In this document: in pieces, positions 19,830 to 32,433 of the stretch | Position numbering within the stretch: the stretch's first letter is position 1 | How the letters are laid out: each line of letters starts with the position of its first letter | Assembly: GCA_964016885.1 (NCBI GenBank) | Contig: OZ024740.1 | Span: 365,490,001-365,554,000, forward strand | Reading direction: 5' to 3' | DNA length: 64,000 bases | From: Eledone cirrhosa | Taxonomy: Eukaryota | Notes under the pieces: model-generated | The model's input: only the letters and a program-made list of their open reading frames with translations | Databases searched by the model: none | What the model was told of the DNA's origin: nothing | Position numbers and translations under genes: made by a program

Positions 19830-22800
19830 TATATAACTCTAAACAGGAAAGGTCAGTAATTCATTACCACCTTATTACCAGTAAGAAGAATAGCTCAATG
19901 TAAATACATCAGATGTTTTACAGAGCCGGAATATAAATTACAGAATAATCAAAACTATGTTCAAAACATTTTATTGCTGACAATCGTTTCTTCCAAACTT
20001 TCGTTTGGTATCATCGGAGCTCTAGCAAAGTTTAGACATATAATTAACCTCCTATTCCACAGAACAATTATAAAGATACATAGATATTAGTGTTGTCATT
20101 AATAGTGTCATGTTTAAAGAGTGAAGATGATGTGGTCAGTATCAGTGGATGCGACAAATATTATAAAAGAATAATACAACAATTATAGAGGAATTAAAGA
20201 AGAAAGTTACTCGAAAAATGAGGACATTAGTGGTACATATGAAAACGTATAGAAAGAGTGCAGAGGTATTGGGCATGTACAGAATAACCAGGTAAGAAAC
20301 AAGCAATGGTACTAAGCATTTATATCACAGTATGGAAAAGTATCACATAATACAATACAGGTATAAAAGCATATCAAACAGACAAAGATGCGTGGGTATG
20401 AAAAGCAGTTTCTATGAAGTTTATGGTGGATGCAATGTGATAATTGTTCCGATAATGTTCAAATGTGCATGTGTTGTGAGTATTAATATCAAGGTTTTCC
20501 TTTCCATTACATTGGTTATATTTTAGTAAATGTTTATCAGTAGTTACAACTATGGATTGTATATTGGTCCTATTACAATCTTATCCAGGGTTCGAGTTGT
20601 ACTGGAGTAATCTGTCTAACGGTTTAATTTCAGGAAGTGATTAGAGATCTACACTAAGAGGAGCTAATGGGAAAGGGGAGGTAATTGGCGATTAATTTGT
20701 GTATAAGAGAAAAATGTATAGTTGTTTACAACTCCAATTAATTAAATTCTATGTGTTAATATACAATATATTATGTTATAAGTGAATCCTTTTATATAAT
20801 GCTATTTATTCTTAAATTTATATATTTAATTTTATATACAATCTTTTTTATATATAATATTTTAAAGGTCTCATTTTATCACTACCTACTATTTAATTGC
20901 ATAAAACATTTAAAAACTTTAACTTAAGTATTACCTTAGATAAAAACACTAAAAACGTTAACTTCCTTGATGCTACCCTTTGCCTGGACTCTAAAATATA
21001 TACACTCTTTCATAAACCAAACGAAAAACTACTTTATGTAGATACCAACTCTAACCACCCTAAATCTATATTAAACTCAATTATTAAAGGAATATCTAAT
21101 AGAATTTCCACTCTATCATATAATGAAACTATATTTAACAGTAATTCCCAATATTATAACGAGGCCTTAGCTCGACCAGGCCATAAAAATAAAATTAGAT
21201 TTTTACCTATAAAATCAGCTAGTTACAACATTATTTCTCACAATATGGCCATGAAGAAAAGTAATAAAAGTACTAGCCACTCTAACTCTAGTACGAAGGG
21301 TAATATCAAACTTAACTCGCACCAAAATAAACACCCCAATAATAATAATATAAACAGAAATATAAACAATACTTCAAATAACATTACAAAAAACAAAAAT
21401 AGGAGAACTAATACATTTTTCAATCCCCCTTTCAATCTAAACGTTTCCACCAACTTGCCTAAGGCTTTCTTCTCAATCTTGAAAAAAAACTTCCCAGTCG
21501 GCCACAAATACCATAACCTTATCAATAAAAATACCATTAAAATCTCTTACTCTGCCACACCTAACATCGCGTACCATATAGCTAGTAGCAATAAAAGGAA
21601 GATTAATAATTATTTCCAACTAATTAAATAGCAACAAGGGGAAAACTTACATAGCAACTTAGTACCAGAGATTTCTAGTAGCAATAATAATAATAGTAAT
21701 AGCACTAATGAAATTAATAACAATGGGAATGATAATCATCATTACTCTAATGCTGTCCCTAACAACCATGCATCTACACACCTTATTAACCAGCAAGTAA
21801 ACAACCAAAATAACTGTAATTGTAGAACAAATAGAACTTGCCCCTTAGGTAAAAATTGCTTAATCAAAGACATCATTTACTCATGCACAGTCATTACAAA
21901 CAACACTTCTAAAACATATATCGGTTCTACTTGGAAATGCTTCAAGACGAGATATAACTAGCATCTTCACACTTTCAAAAATCGCAATCTAGCCAACTCC
22001 ACTTCTTTATCTAACTACATACACTCTCTGAAAACCAGGAATAGACCATATACACTTCAATGGGAAGTAATAGATAGGGCCGCATCGTGTAAACCACCAA
22101 ATGGATTATGTAACCTCTGTCTTCTAGAGACTCGCACTATAATCTATTCTAAGCTAAACCTTTTAAATAGAAAATCAGAAATTTTTTCCACGTGCCAACC
22201 CTACCACCGACACCCTTTCCACAACTTTAAACCTAGCTGCTAGTATATAACAATGTCAGATCTGGATTCCTCACCACCGTTAACAGTTTACCTCTAGATT
22301 TTATCAGCATATAATTACCCCACAGCATCACATTCTATGATCAGCCCATTCCTCTACTTATCTCCTGTTTATCTCAGATCTTATACTCTACAATAACTAT
22401 TGGGAATAAACATAAAGTTACCACCATTTAATATAACTACAATATCTTCCTTACTAATATTTCATTCAATTAATTAATATATAGGAGACCTTTAAGGTAT
22501 TATATAGAAAAAAGATTGTATATAAAATTAAATATATAAATTTAAAAATAAATAGCATTATATAAAAGGATTTACTTATAACATAATATATTGTATATTA
22601 ACACATAGAATTTAACTAATTGGAGTTGTAAACAACTATACATTTTTCTCTTATACACAAATTAATCGCCAATTACCTCCCCTTTCCCATTAGCTCCCAT
22701 TAGTATAGATCTCTAATCACTTCCTGAAATTAAACCGTTAGACAGATTACTCCAGTACAACTCGAACCCTGGATAAGATTGTAATAGGACCAATATACAA

Positions 22801-23416
22801 TCCATAGTTGTAACTACTGATAAACATTTACTAAAATATAACCAATGTAATGGAAAGGAAAACCTTGATATTAATACTCACAACACATGCACATTTGAAC
22901 ATTACCGGAATAATTATCACATTGCATCCACCATAAACTTCATAGAAACTGCTTTTCATACCCACGCATCTTTGTCTGTTTGATATGCTTTTATACCTGT
23001 ATTGTATTATGTGATACTTTTCCATACTGTGATATAAATGCTTAGTACCATGCTTGTTTCTTACCTGGTTATTCTGTACATGCCTATAACCTTTGCACTC
23101 TTTCTATACGTTTGCATATGTACCACTAATGTCCTCATTTTGCGAGTAACTTTCTTCTTTAATTCCTCTATAATTGTTGTATTATTCTTTTATAATATTT
23201 GTCGCATCCACTGATACTGACCACATCATCTTCACTCTTTAAACATGACACTATTAATGACAACACTAATATCTACGTATCTTTATAATTGTTCTGTGGA
23301 ATAGGAGGTTAATTATATGTCTAAACTTTGCTAGAGCTCCGATGATACCAAACGAATGTTTGGAAGAAACGATTGTCAGCAATAAAATGTTTTGAACATG
23401 TTTTGATTATTCTGTA

Positions 23417-23420
<4 letters not shown>
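19830..23420 (+). mobile_element. Naiad-like PLE, 5'-truncated, with inverted 3'-UTR arm
   Basis: 19830-20872 is the reverse complement of 22485-23420 plus about 100 extra terminal bp. HHRs at 23336-23380 (+) and 19976-20020 (-) with a CCGATGA core. Confidence 0.92.
20897..22243 (+). pseudogene. PLE RT thumb plus GIY-YIG, with premature stops
   Basis: VNFLDATL, SNHPKSI, FNPPF, KISYS, CNCRTNRTCPL, YIGST. In-frame TAG at about 21629 and 21959. Confidence 0.9.
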
Positions 23421-23457
<37 letters not shown>

Positions 23458-23610
23458 AACCAGTAAGACCCCGACAGCTGAGCTCAAGCCGTTTCGACGG
23501 CTAATTCAGCTGTCGGGGTCTTACTGGTTCCTATTACCCACTCTACTACCTCAAGTATTGAGTACTTTGGTGCGTTATGGTCCACCTGGTTCCTTACCAC
23601 ATTTCCTTCG

Positions 23611-23668
<58 letters not shown>

Positions 23669-23827
23669 AGGAGGTTATAGTTCACTTGAAGCATTGTGTA
23701 ATGAGGTATAAACGTTTGAATATGTGTAATAAAGCCAAAACAATGCAGGTATGGACATAGAAAAAAGAATGCAATTGTAAAAGATATTGTTGACAATTCG
23801 TCCTTTACCTTAGATTTATTTAAATGT

Positions 23828-23863
23828 CCTTAATTTTCGAGATAATAATCTCTTCTTCAGAGG
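23828..23863 (-). ncRNA. Minimal HHR in PLE 3' UTR
   Basis: cct-CTGAAGA-a.gagat.tatt.atctc-GAAAA-TTA-agg. Helix III has no loop (AATT palindrome). Confidence 0.7.
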
Positions 23864-24261
23864 GAAATAAAGGTCTCAAACCAGTGTTCTAAATATCTTG
23901 CCAAGCCATGCTGACAGGAAATAGTATAGAGTATCTGTTCTATCTCTAATGTCAAAGAGTTAAAATTAGGTGGATAAAGAGTAGTCTCCCCTTAAAAGAG
24001 GTTTGTTTAGGGGTTTTTTTTTAATTTTATTTTTTTAAAATGTTATATACATGTCTGTATAAGTGTGTGGGAGAATGCATGAAGGTGTAAGTATGTGAGT
24101 GTGTGTGTGTGAGTGTGAGAAGATAAGTCTATTCGTAAATGTGGGGGATAGGTGTTATCTGGTGTTAGAACTGGTTTTGTGTGTGTATGTGTGAGAGAGA
24201 ATAAGTGGAGGTGTAAGCGTGTGTGTGTGTGGGGTGTGTAAATATGGGGCTAGAAGCCCTA

Positions 24262-26274
24262 TCAGGTTATAAATTGGGTGTTGAGTTCTAGTCTATTATT
24301 GATTGGTGGTAGTGTTTTATCTATAATTAGTGCTTCCTTAATTCTAAGATTGCCGAGGTTTCTTTCCTTAGTTTCTATCCTAACTGTTATGGTTTTGTCG
24401 GTGTTTTTGCATTTAACTAGGTGTTTCTTAAATGAGGAAGCGTTAGTATTGAGGTGTTCTTTTATTCTTATGTGGAGTGGTCTGGTGGTGCTACCTACGT
24501 AGAAGTTGTTGCATTTGTCACACTCTAGTCTGTATACGACGTAAGCCTGGTGGCATAGGTCTGTGTCGTTGATGGGACAGTTGGCTAGTCTGCAGCAGTT
24601 GTCATGTCTGGTGGAGTGTCTCTTGGTCAGCCGTCCGCGCAGAAAAGGACCCGAGTGGGCCAGTTGGATATCCAGTCCCTCTCGTCTGATGGCTCTGCGG
24701 ATGGCTGTTGTTGTTTCTTCACTGAAGTGTGGGAGCTTCAGGAAGCAAGTGTTAGTGCCGCGGGTGTGGTGTCCTCTGTTCTTTCTGGCACGGTTTGTGG
24801 TGGATGTCGTGTATCCGTTCAGTTTGAGTACTTCCAGGAAATGTGTGGTGTGTGTGTCTCGGTCTCTAGCGTCGGTGCATTTGTTCCGGATACGTGCCAG
24901 TTCGTTCCTTATGTATCCGAACTTGGCACCGAGTGGGAGGGCCGATCTGAAATGTACGAACAGGTCCCTGCTGGCGGCTTTTTTATAGAAGCAGGTGTGG
25001 ATGTTGCTTTCCTCTGTTACCCTGAGTTGGAAGTCCAGTAGGGATAGGGATCCGCGGTCATCGGGGTGTTCCATGCTGAACTTTATACTGGCGTCCATGC
25101 TGGAGAATGTTGTGTATATTTTATCTGCCTCCTCACGGGATGATGTAAGGATGAGTATGTCATCTACATATCGGGTGAAGAAGGCATGGGAATGGCAGGT
25201 GTTGAGGGCTCGGCATTCTAGCTGGTTCATGTAGGTGATGGCCAGCAGGCCCGATAGGCTGGATCCCATGGGTAATCCTGTTGTCTGTCTGTATGTGTGG
25301 TGGTGGAAGGTGAAGTACGTGTTGTCTACTGTGAAGGACAAAAGCTGGTGTATGTCCGTCGGGTGGAGGCCGTAGCAGTGGATGTCCTCTGCGACCACGC
25401 AGTCCGTCAATAAATCGACAGCTGGATGAGCGGGGACTGTAGTGTAGAGGGAGACAACGTCGAGGCTAAAGGCGTATTTATTTAGTTTAAGTTGTTCTGG
25501 CTGGAGTTGGTGTAGTCTACGTATAACTTCGTCGGAGCTACTGACATGCCCGGGAAAGGTGGAGAGTAGAGGCTTGAGGACCTGGGAGAGGAGCCAGGAA
25601 ATTTTGTATAGGGGTCCTTCTATGCTAGAGACGATGGGTCTTATTTGCGTCTTAGTACTATTCTTGTGGGTCTTGATGAGGTGGTAGAAAGTGGGCAGTC
25701 TGCTATTTCTAGTGGTGTAGTTGAGCTTAACTTTATTTGGGAGTTGTCTTCTCCTACAGATATCGAACCAAATGGAGTTGGTCTGTTTTTCGATCTGGGC
25801 TGCAGTCATGTCCGGGATCACTGTGTATAATTCACTGTCGCTTAGGTGTTCAAAGGCTAGGTTATTGTATGTGGCTTGAGAGATGACGCAAAACTCTTTA
25901 CCTTTGTCGGATGGTAAGTATATAAGTTCCCTATTCCGTAGGTTCTTCAGGGCGAGTTGTTGTGTCCTGGAGAGGTTTGGGGCTATCTTCTTCTGTTTCC
26001 GTAAGATGTTAAATACGGAATGTTTTAGTCTCGAGAGTTTTTCTTCAAGCTCGCGGTTGGCAGGCGGTGGACAGAGTGGGCGATCTAGTTGGTATATCGG
26101 GAATCTGGGTTTGATGGATTCCGTGGTGTTGTTGTCGAGAGTCGATATCCATTTTAGTTGGTAGGCAGCCCGACAGAAATTCGTTTCTATGTCGAGCCAT
26201 AGTTTGTCGTCCAGTCTCTGTTTCAATATGAACTTGGGACCCAGGCTGAGGAGGTCTAATTCCTCTCGGGAGAG
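24262..26274 (-). CDS. PLE reverse transcriptase-GIY-YIG polyprotein (5'-truncated, open frame)
   Basis: DKG, IKTHK, RPIVS, SLDVVSLY, GLPMGS, RYVDD, VVY..C..C...YVGST.R.L..R..EH. The first ~23 aa of the listed 693-aa ORF come from the inverted junction. 3' UTR runs to about 23665. Confidence 0.95.
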   Translation of the reverse strand, partial: LSREELDLLSLGPKFILKQRLDDKLWLDIETNFCRAAYQLKWISTLDNNTTESIKPRFPIYQLDRPLCPPPANRELEEKLSRLKHSVFNILRKQKKIAPNLSRTQQLALKNLRNRELIYLPSDKGKEFCVISQATYNNLAFEHLSDSELYTVIPDMTAAQIEKQTNSIWFDICRRRQLPNKVKLNYTTRNSRLPTFYHLIKTHKNSTKTQIRPIVSSIEGPLYKISWLLSQVLKPLLSTFPGHVSSSDEVIRRLHQLQPEQLKLNKYAFSLDVVSLYTTVPAHPAVDLLTDCVVAEDIHCYGLHPTDIHQLLSFTVDNTYFTFHHHTYRQTTGLPMGSSLSGLLAITYMNQLECRALNTCHSHAFFTRYVDDILILTSSREEADKIYTTFSSMDASIKFSMEHPDDRGSLSLLDFQLRVTEESNIHTCFYKKAASRDLFVHFRSALPLGAKFGYIRNELARIRNKCTDARDRDTHTTHFLEVLKLNGYTTSTTNRARKNRGHHTRGTNTCFLKLPHFSEETTTAIRRAIRREGLDIQLAHSGPFLRGRLTKRHSTRHDNCCRLANCPINDTDLCHQAYVVYRLECDKCNNFYVGSTTRPLHIRIKEHLNTNASSFKKHLVKCKNTDKTITVRIETKERNLGNLRIKEALIIDKTLPPINNRLELNTQFIT

Positions 26275-26280
26275 GACTAT

Positions 26281-26763
26281 TTCCAGCCTTGTACCACAAC
26301 TCGCTGAAACCCCAGAACCTCTGTCCAGAGTCATCTCCGCCACTATAGACAGGTCATACCACCACCGCCGAGACTACGAGAAAATACGTCTAACGCAAAA
26401 ATTTCTCAAACTCAGGACGGCCAACTGTCTTAACAACATCCCAACTCTAAACACCAACAGAGGCGAACAAGACGGTACCAACACAGAACCTAGCGGCGCC
26501 TCGACCAACAACACACCTGACGCAAAACACCTCGTCACAGACTTGACAGGATCCCTCTCCCGAGAGGAATTATACCTCTTCAGACCTATTAGACCGACAC
26601 AGACCTATGCCACCAGGCTTACGTCGTATACAGACTAGAGTGTGACAAATGCAACAACTTCTACGTCGGTAGCACCACCAGACCACTCCACATAAGAATA
26701 AAAGAACACCTCAATACTAACGCTTCCTCATTTAAGAAACACCTAGTTAAATGCAAAAACACC
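26281..26763 (+). mobile_element. Inverted fragments of the same PLE (N-terminal piece, then duplicated GIY-YIG piece)
   Basis: The plus frame ends HLVTDLTGSLSREEL, overlapping LSREELDLLSLGPKF of the minus ORF. About 26595-26763 is the reverse complement of about 24400-24570. Confidence 0.88.
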
Positions 26764-26802
26764 ATACCTGCATTGTTTTGGCTTTATTACACATATTCAA
26801 AC

Positions 26803-26893
<91 letters not shown>

Positions 26894-26904
26894 TATATAT
26901 ATAA

Positions 26905-26941
<37 letters not shown>

Positions 26942-27010
26942 TATATATATATATATAGGTATATATATAAGTGTATATATAAGTATATATATATATAAGT
27001 ATATATATAA

Positions 27011-27069
<59 letters not shown>

Positions 27070-27100
27070 TATATATATAAATATATATATATATATATAA

Positions 27101-27156
<56 letters not shown>

Positions 27157-27175
27157 TATATATATATATATATAA

Positions 27176-27212
<37 letters not shown>

Positions 27213-27559
27213 TATATATATAATTATATATATATATATATATATATAATTATATATATATATAATTATATATATATATATATATAATTATATATATATA
27301 TAATTATATATATATATACTTATATATATATATATGTATACTTATATATATATATATATAAGTATACATATATATATATATAAGTATATATATATATAAT
27401 TATATATATATAATTATATATATATATAATTATATATATATATATATATAATTATATATATATATAATTATATATATATATATATATATATAATTATATA
27501 TATATATAATTATATATATATATATATAATTATATATATATATATATATATAATTATAT

Positions 27560-27790
27560 ATAAGTATTAAGGATACTATTTATGGTTATGTATATAATAA
27601 AACATTTTATGGTTATATATTTTTCATATACAAACCCCAAATAGTGAAAGGTAGTCATTCATTACTATCTTATTACCAGTAAGATAAATAGCTCAATGTA
27701 ATAACATCAGTTGTTTTACAGAGCAGTTATATAGAGCAGTTATATAGTGCCGTACTAAGAGTGAGAAATGAAATTTCGTTTCATTCTATT

Positions 27791-27837
<47 letters not shown>

Positions 27838-30800
27838 TATAGAGATTACAATAATCAAAGTTCAGTTTAAATCATTTATTTGCTTACAATTGTTTCCTCC
27901 AAACCGAGGTTTGGATTCTTCGGAGCAGCTATTTAGTTATCTATAACATACTTGACCTCCTTTTCAACACAAGAGACATAAAAACATATGCATATATTGA
28001 CCCACAGTGGGTTGACATCCATCATAATGATATAGCATGGCAATTTACATATAAAGGTTAAAGGATTAAAATGAAAATAAAAATAAAAATAAAAATAAAA
28101 ATAAAAATAAAAATAAAAATAAAAATAAAAATAAAAATAAAAATAAAAATAAAAATAAAAATAAAAATAAAAATAAAAATAAAAATAAAAATAAAAATAA
28201 AAATAAAAATAAAAATAAAAATAAAAATAAAAATAAAAATAAAAATAAAAATAAAAATAAAAATAAAAATAAAAATAAAAATAAAAATAAAAATAAAAAT
28301 AAAAATAAAAATAAAAATAAAAATAAAACATTGGCAGTTTATGAAGATAAAGCAAGAGGAAAGTTTAGAGTAGTCAGTGTATGAAACAATCTCACGTGTA
28401 GCATGCACGCGTGTCTTATTTATACAGGATTAGAGTGCGGCAGATTGTTACTTGTAGAATCAGGCAGTTAAAGCAGGCAATCAATATTACCATGTGGGCC
28501 GTATTGTTAAATCATTTTTTCGCAAACATCATTTTTTCACCTTTGAAGACCAATTATGGACCCGCAAAGATACGCAAAACAACTTCGACATTACCATGAA
28601 GTCTAGTGACTCGGCGCAGGTCACTGATTTAGTCGGCCTATATTTACTTAACCAAATCCATAAGGACCTTCTTTACCTCAACGGTGGTTTGTACCGCGAC
28701 GATGCACTTCTACTTATAGATTATAAAAAAATCAATATAGAAAGAACTAGAAAACTATTGCACAAAACATTCAAAAACTATAACCTTAGTATTACCATGG
28801 ACAAAAACACTAAAAACGTCAACTTCCTAGATGCCACACTCTACCTAGACTCAATGATACACGCACCTTTCCACAAACCTAATGAAAAACTCATTTACGT
28901 AGATACCAAGTCTAACCACCCTAGATCTATATTAAATTCTATCTCTAGGGGAGTATCTAATAGAATCTCTAATCTATCCTATGACGTAAACATATTTAAC
29001 AAAAACTCGCAATATTATAATCAGGCATTAGCTAGATCAGGCCATAATATAGAGATCGAGTTCCTACCTACAAAAACGCATAGCTACAACATTATTTCGC
29101 ACAACATGTCCATGAGAAAATTTAGTAATAAGAATAGCAACCACACACACACTAATAGGGATGATACCAACAAAAGTAACCCACACCACAGAAATTACCA
29201 TAGTACCATAAAAGGAAACAAATCACCAGACATAAGAAACAGAAATAAAAGAAGAAATAATACATTTTTCAACCCTCCTTTCAATCTAAACGTCTCTACC
29301 AACCTACCTAGGGCTTTCTTCTTACTACTAGATAAAAACTTCCCATCCGGCCACAAGTACCATAGCCTTTTAAACAAAAACACTATTAAAATCTCATACT
29401 CTACTACGCCTAACTTAACATACCACATAGCTAGTAGCAATAAAAGAAAAATTAATTCTTACTTCCAACAAACTAAATCACAACAGACGATAAACCTTCA
29501 AAATAACATTATAACAACTAACCCTAATATCAATAGAAATAATAGTAATAGCACTAGTGTAAACAATAACGCTGAGAACGACAACCCACATAACCATAAC
29601 CCTATAGCTAACATCCAGACTTCTACACAGCATATTAACCGGCAGACTAACACCCAGAATAATTGTAACTGTAGATCAAATAGAACCTGCCCTTTAGATA
29701 AAAAATGCTTAACCAAGGATATCATATACTCATGCACAGTCACAACTAACAACCATTCTGAAACCTATATAGGCTCTACTTCTAACTGCTTCAAAACTAG
29801 ATACAATTCGCACCTCCACTCTTTCAAAAAACACAGTCTAGCCAACTTCACTTCACTATCTAGCTACATACACTATCTAAAAACTAAAAATAAACTATAT
29901 ACACTTAAATGGGAAGTGGTAGGTAATGCGACATCGTACAAACCACCTAATAAATTTTGTAACCTCTGTCTACTAGAGACCCATACTATCATCTTCTCTA
30001 ACCATAATCTCCTTAATAAAAAATCAGAAGTGTTCGCATCTTGCCAACACCGCTTCCGACACTCTTTCTAAAACTTTAAACCCTATATATAACAATGTCA
30101 GACTTGAACCCGTCACCACCTCTAGCAATCAGCATCAGTGGCACACCTTACACCTCATATCCACACCCATTTATACACTCTAACGCAAATAGTGGCACCC
30201 TTATAGTACCTTTTACCCTGGAGATACCCCCATGTACCTCTACTTCTGATATATTGGCCTTGAATTATTTGGACTACATTGCACAAATATATGATTAATG
30301 TAAACTGCAGGCACTGTATTGGTTGTGCTAACATAGTCCTGTGCATGGAGTGCCACCATAGGATAGATAGATGATTAAGTAATTAATTTATTATTAAAGG
30401 GACTATATACTCTATATGCTGAGTACAATGAATTATGTACAGGTGATATGTGAGTTAGGAGTTTCTGTATTGCTTGTTGGCCAGATTAGTGTCTTTCTAT
30501 GAGAGAATTGGTCTCCGGACCACCCTGGTGATATTTAAATTTGCCAAAGATTCAGACATATAATGACCCAGAGCTTACCGGGAGTCATATATAGTAATAA
30601 GAACCTGCTAGGTTCTGCGGGTGCACTACACTTACAAAGATCATTGATTTGGAGGTCTGACTCTTCTTATAGATTGTTCAGGTGTGGCACGCCATAATAG
30701 AAGGTAATCATCCTGATATGAACACCTTTAGTACTTCTTAATAGACTACACTGTAATTTATAGATAAGTAACTTAATTTATAAATTGGCTATAACCTCAT

Positions 30801-31745
30801 ATGATAGGGACTCACTTGAAACACCATTAATGTAATTTAAGATAATAAATTTAACTATGAAAATCAGCTAGTTACCCCCCCTTACGCATTAACTCCCCTT
30901 AGTCACACACACACTTCCGGAATATACAATGTCATCTCACACAACTAAAACATCCTGATCTATTAATCAAAGTAAGAAACGACAAGATATGGTTTATAAC
31001 TTGACTCTCCAGACACCCAATGCTGAATCATCGTGGATTGTGTGATAGACCTGTAGTCTATATATTGCGTTTCATGGATTGTGTGAGTGGTGATGTGTGC
31101 GAAGACAGTGGTGCTGTTTTGCCTATTTTATAATATGTTTTGTGATATGTTTGATATTTTTGATATTTTGGTGTTTCTCTACATTCGGGATTGTATATCA
31201 TGCAGGTGTATGCGAAAAAATGATTTAACAGTACGGCCCACATGATAATATTGATTGCCTGCTTTAACTGCCTGATTCTACAAGTAACAATCTGCCGCAC
31301 TCTAATCCTGTATAAATAAGACACGCGTGCATGCTACACGTGAGATTGTTTCATACACTGACTACTCTAAACTTTCCTCTTGCTTTATCTTCATAAACTG
31401 CCAATGTTTTATTTTTATTTTTATTTTTATTTTTATTTTTATTTTTATTTTTATTTTTATTTTTATTTTTATTTTTATTTTTATTTTTATTTTTATTTTC
31501 ATTTTAATCCTTTAACCTTTATATGTAAATTGCCATGCTATATCATTATGATGGATGTCAACCCACTGTGGGTCAATATATGCATATGTTTTTATATGTC
31601 TCTTGTGTTGAAAAGGAGGTCAAGTATGTTATAGATCACTAAATAGTTGCTCCGAAGAATCCAAACCTCGGTTTGGAGGAAACAATTGTAAGCAAATAAA
31701 TGATTTAAACTGAACTTTGATTATTGTAATCTCTATATAATTATA
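27560..31745 (+). mobile_element. Naiad-like PLE with inverted 3' arm (27560-28517 versus 31211-31805)
   Basis: Arms share the (ATAAAA)n tract and an HHR (31647-31695 plus, 27880-27928 minus): ttgct-CCGAAGA-a.tccaaacc.tc.ggtttgga.g-GAAAC-aatt-GTA-agcaa. Confidence 0.92.
28518..30071 (+). CDS. Naiad-like PLE RT (C-terminal half) plus GIY-YIG endonuclease
   Basis: FDITM, GGLYRDDAL, VNFLDATL, CNCR..CPL..CL..IIY, YIGST, CNLC, CQHR. The listed ORF start lies inside the inverted arm. Confidence 0.93.
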   Translation, partial: FRKHHFFTFEDQLWTRKDTQNNFDITMKSSDSAQVTDLVGLYLLNQIHKDLLYLNGGLYRDDALLLIDYKKINIERTRKLLHKTFKNYNLSITMDKNTKNVNFLDATLYLDSMIHAPFHKPNEKLIYVDTKSNHPRSILNSISRGVSNRISNLSYDVNIFNKNSQYYNQALARSGHNIEIEFLPTKTHSYNIISHNMSMRKFSNKNSNHTHTNRDDTNKSNPHHRNYHSTIKGNKSPDIRNRNKRRNNTFFNPPFNLNVSTNLPRAFFLLLDKNFPSGHKYHSLLNKNTIKISYSTTPNLTYHIASSNKRKINSYFQQTKSQQTINLQNNIITTNPNINRNNSNSTSVNNNAENDNPHNHNPIANIQTSTQHINRQTNTQNNCNCRSNRTCPLDKKCLTKDIIYSCTVTTNNHSETYIGSTSNCFKTRYNSHLHSFKKHSLANFTSLSSYIHYLKTKNKLYTLKWEVVGNATSYKPPNKFCNLCLLETHTIIFSNHNLLNKKSEVFASCQHRFRHSF

Positions 31746-31760
31746 TATATATATATATAT

Positions 31761-31885
31761 GGAATAGAATGAAACGAAATTTCATTTCTCACTCTTAGTA
31801 CGGTACTTACTTAAATGTAAGTATGTATGTATGTATACGTACATACATATATGTATACAGACGTACAGTAGTATGTATATATATA
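31761..31885 (-). mobile_element. Fragment of the 503-bp retrozyme-like family (45-bp copy also at 27747-27792, plus strand)
   Basis: Reverse complement of tactgtacgtctgtatacatatatg...catttaagtaagt.cc.tactaagagtgagaaatgaaatttcgttt. Confidence 0.88.
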
Positions 31886-31989
31886 CAGCGACTGTTGGTC
31901 TTTATATTCATCCGTGGATTCACTGCCGTATTGTTGGGCAATTTCTTTCTGTGTGAGCTTTTGATTATCATGCAGTATCTTTCAGGGAG

Positions 31990-32433
31990 TTCCTTCCCAA
32001 CTCTCATGATTTTATGTCTCATGTAGACAGACTTGCTCAATAGAGGTGCTCCTATGCTTGAAGGTTCGTAGATATTGTAGAAGGAAGATGATGCGACACT
32101 CAAATGCTGATATTAGGCCTTTGCCACCCTGCTTACGTTTCAAGTAGAGGCGGTCTATGTCACGGTTGATGTGGAAGTTCCCGGTGTTGTTCAGGATTTT
32201 TCGGGTTTTAACATCAATTGCTCGGATTCCGTCTATCGTCCACTCGGGTATTCCAAACGTTGGTGTAAGGGCAGGCACAGCAAACACATTGTGAGACACT
32301 GTTTTATTGTGTGCAGAAATTTCAGATAACCATATCAGTCATGTCGGTTACGCATTCTTTGTTACAGATGCCATCATAGGATATATTCTCATCTATCCCT
32401 AGGTACCTCTAGCAGTCCTCGTCGGATATCGGT
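31990..32433 (-). pseudogene. R4/Dong-type non-LTR retrotransposon RT fragment
   Basis: RYLGIDEN..HNVFAVPALTPTFGIPEWT..IDVKTRKIL..DIDRLYLKRKQGGKGL is a typical post-RT region of RLE-type LINEs. Confidence 0.78.

Noticed and set aside
26275-26343. N-terminus of the listed 693-aa ORF (also the first codons of the 28494 and 55328 ORFs)
   Set aside because: These codons read through inversion junctions and are not native starts.
28518-30700. Selenoprotein-type Naiad (in-frame UGA plus SECIS)
   Set aside because: The zinc-binding Cys codons I checked are TGT/TGC, and the premature stops in the 20897 copy are TAG. The conserved ATGACCCAGA..CTTACC motif (about 30563 and 61405-61424) lacks clear SECIS geometry.
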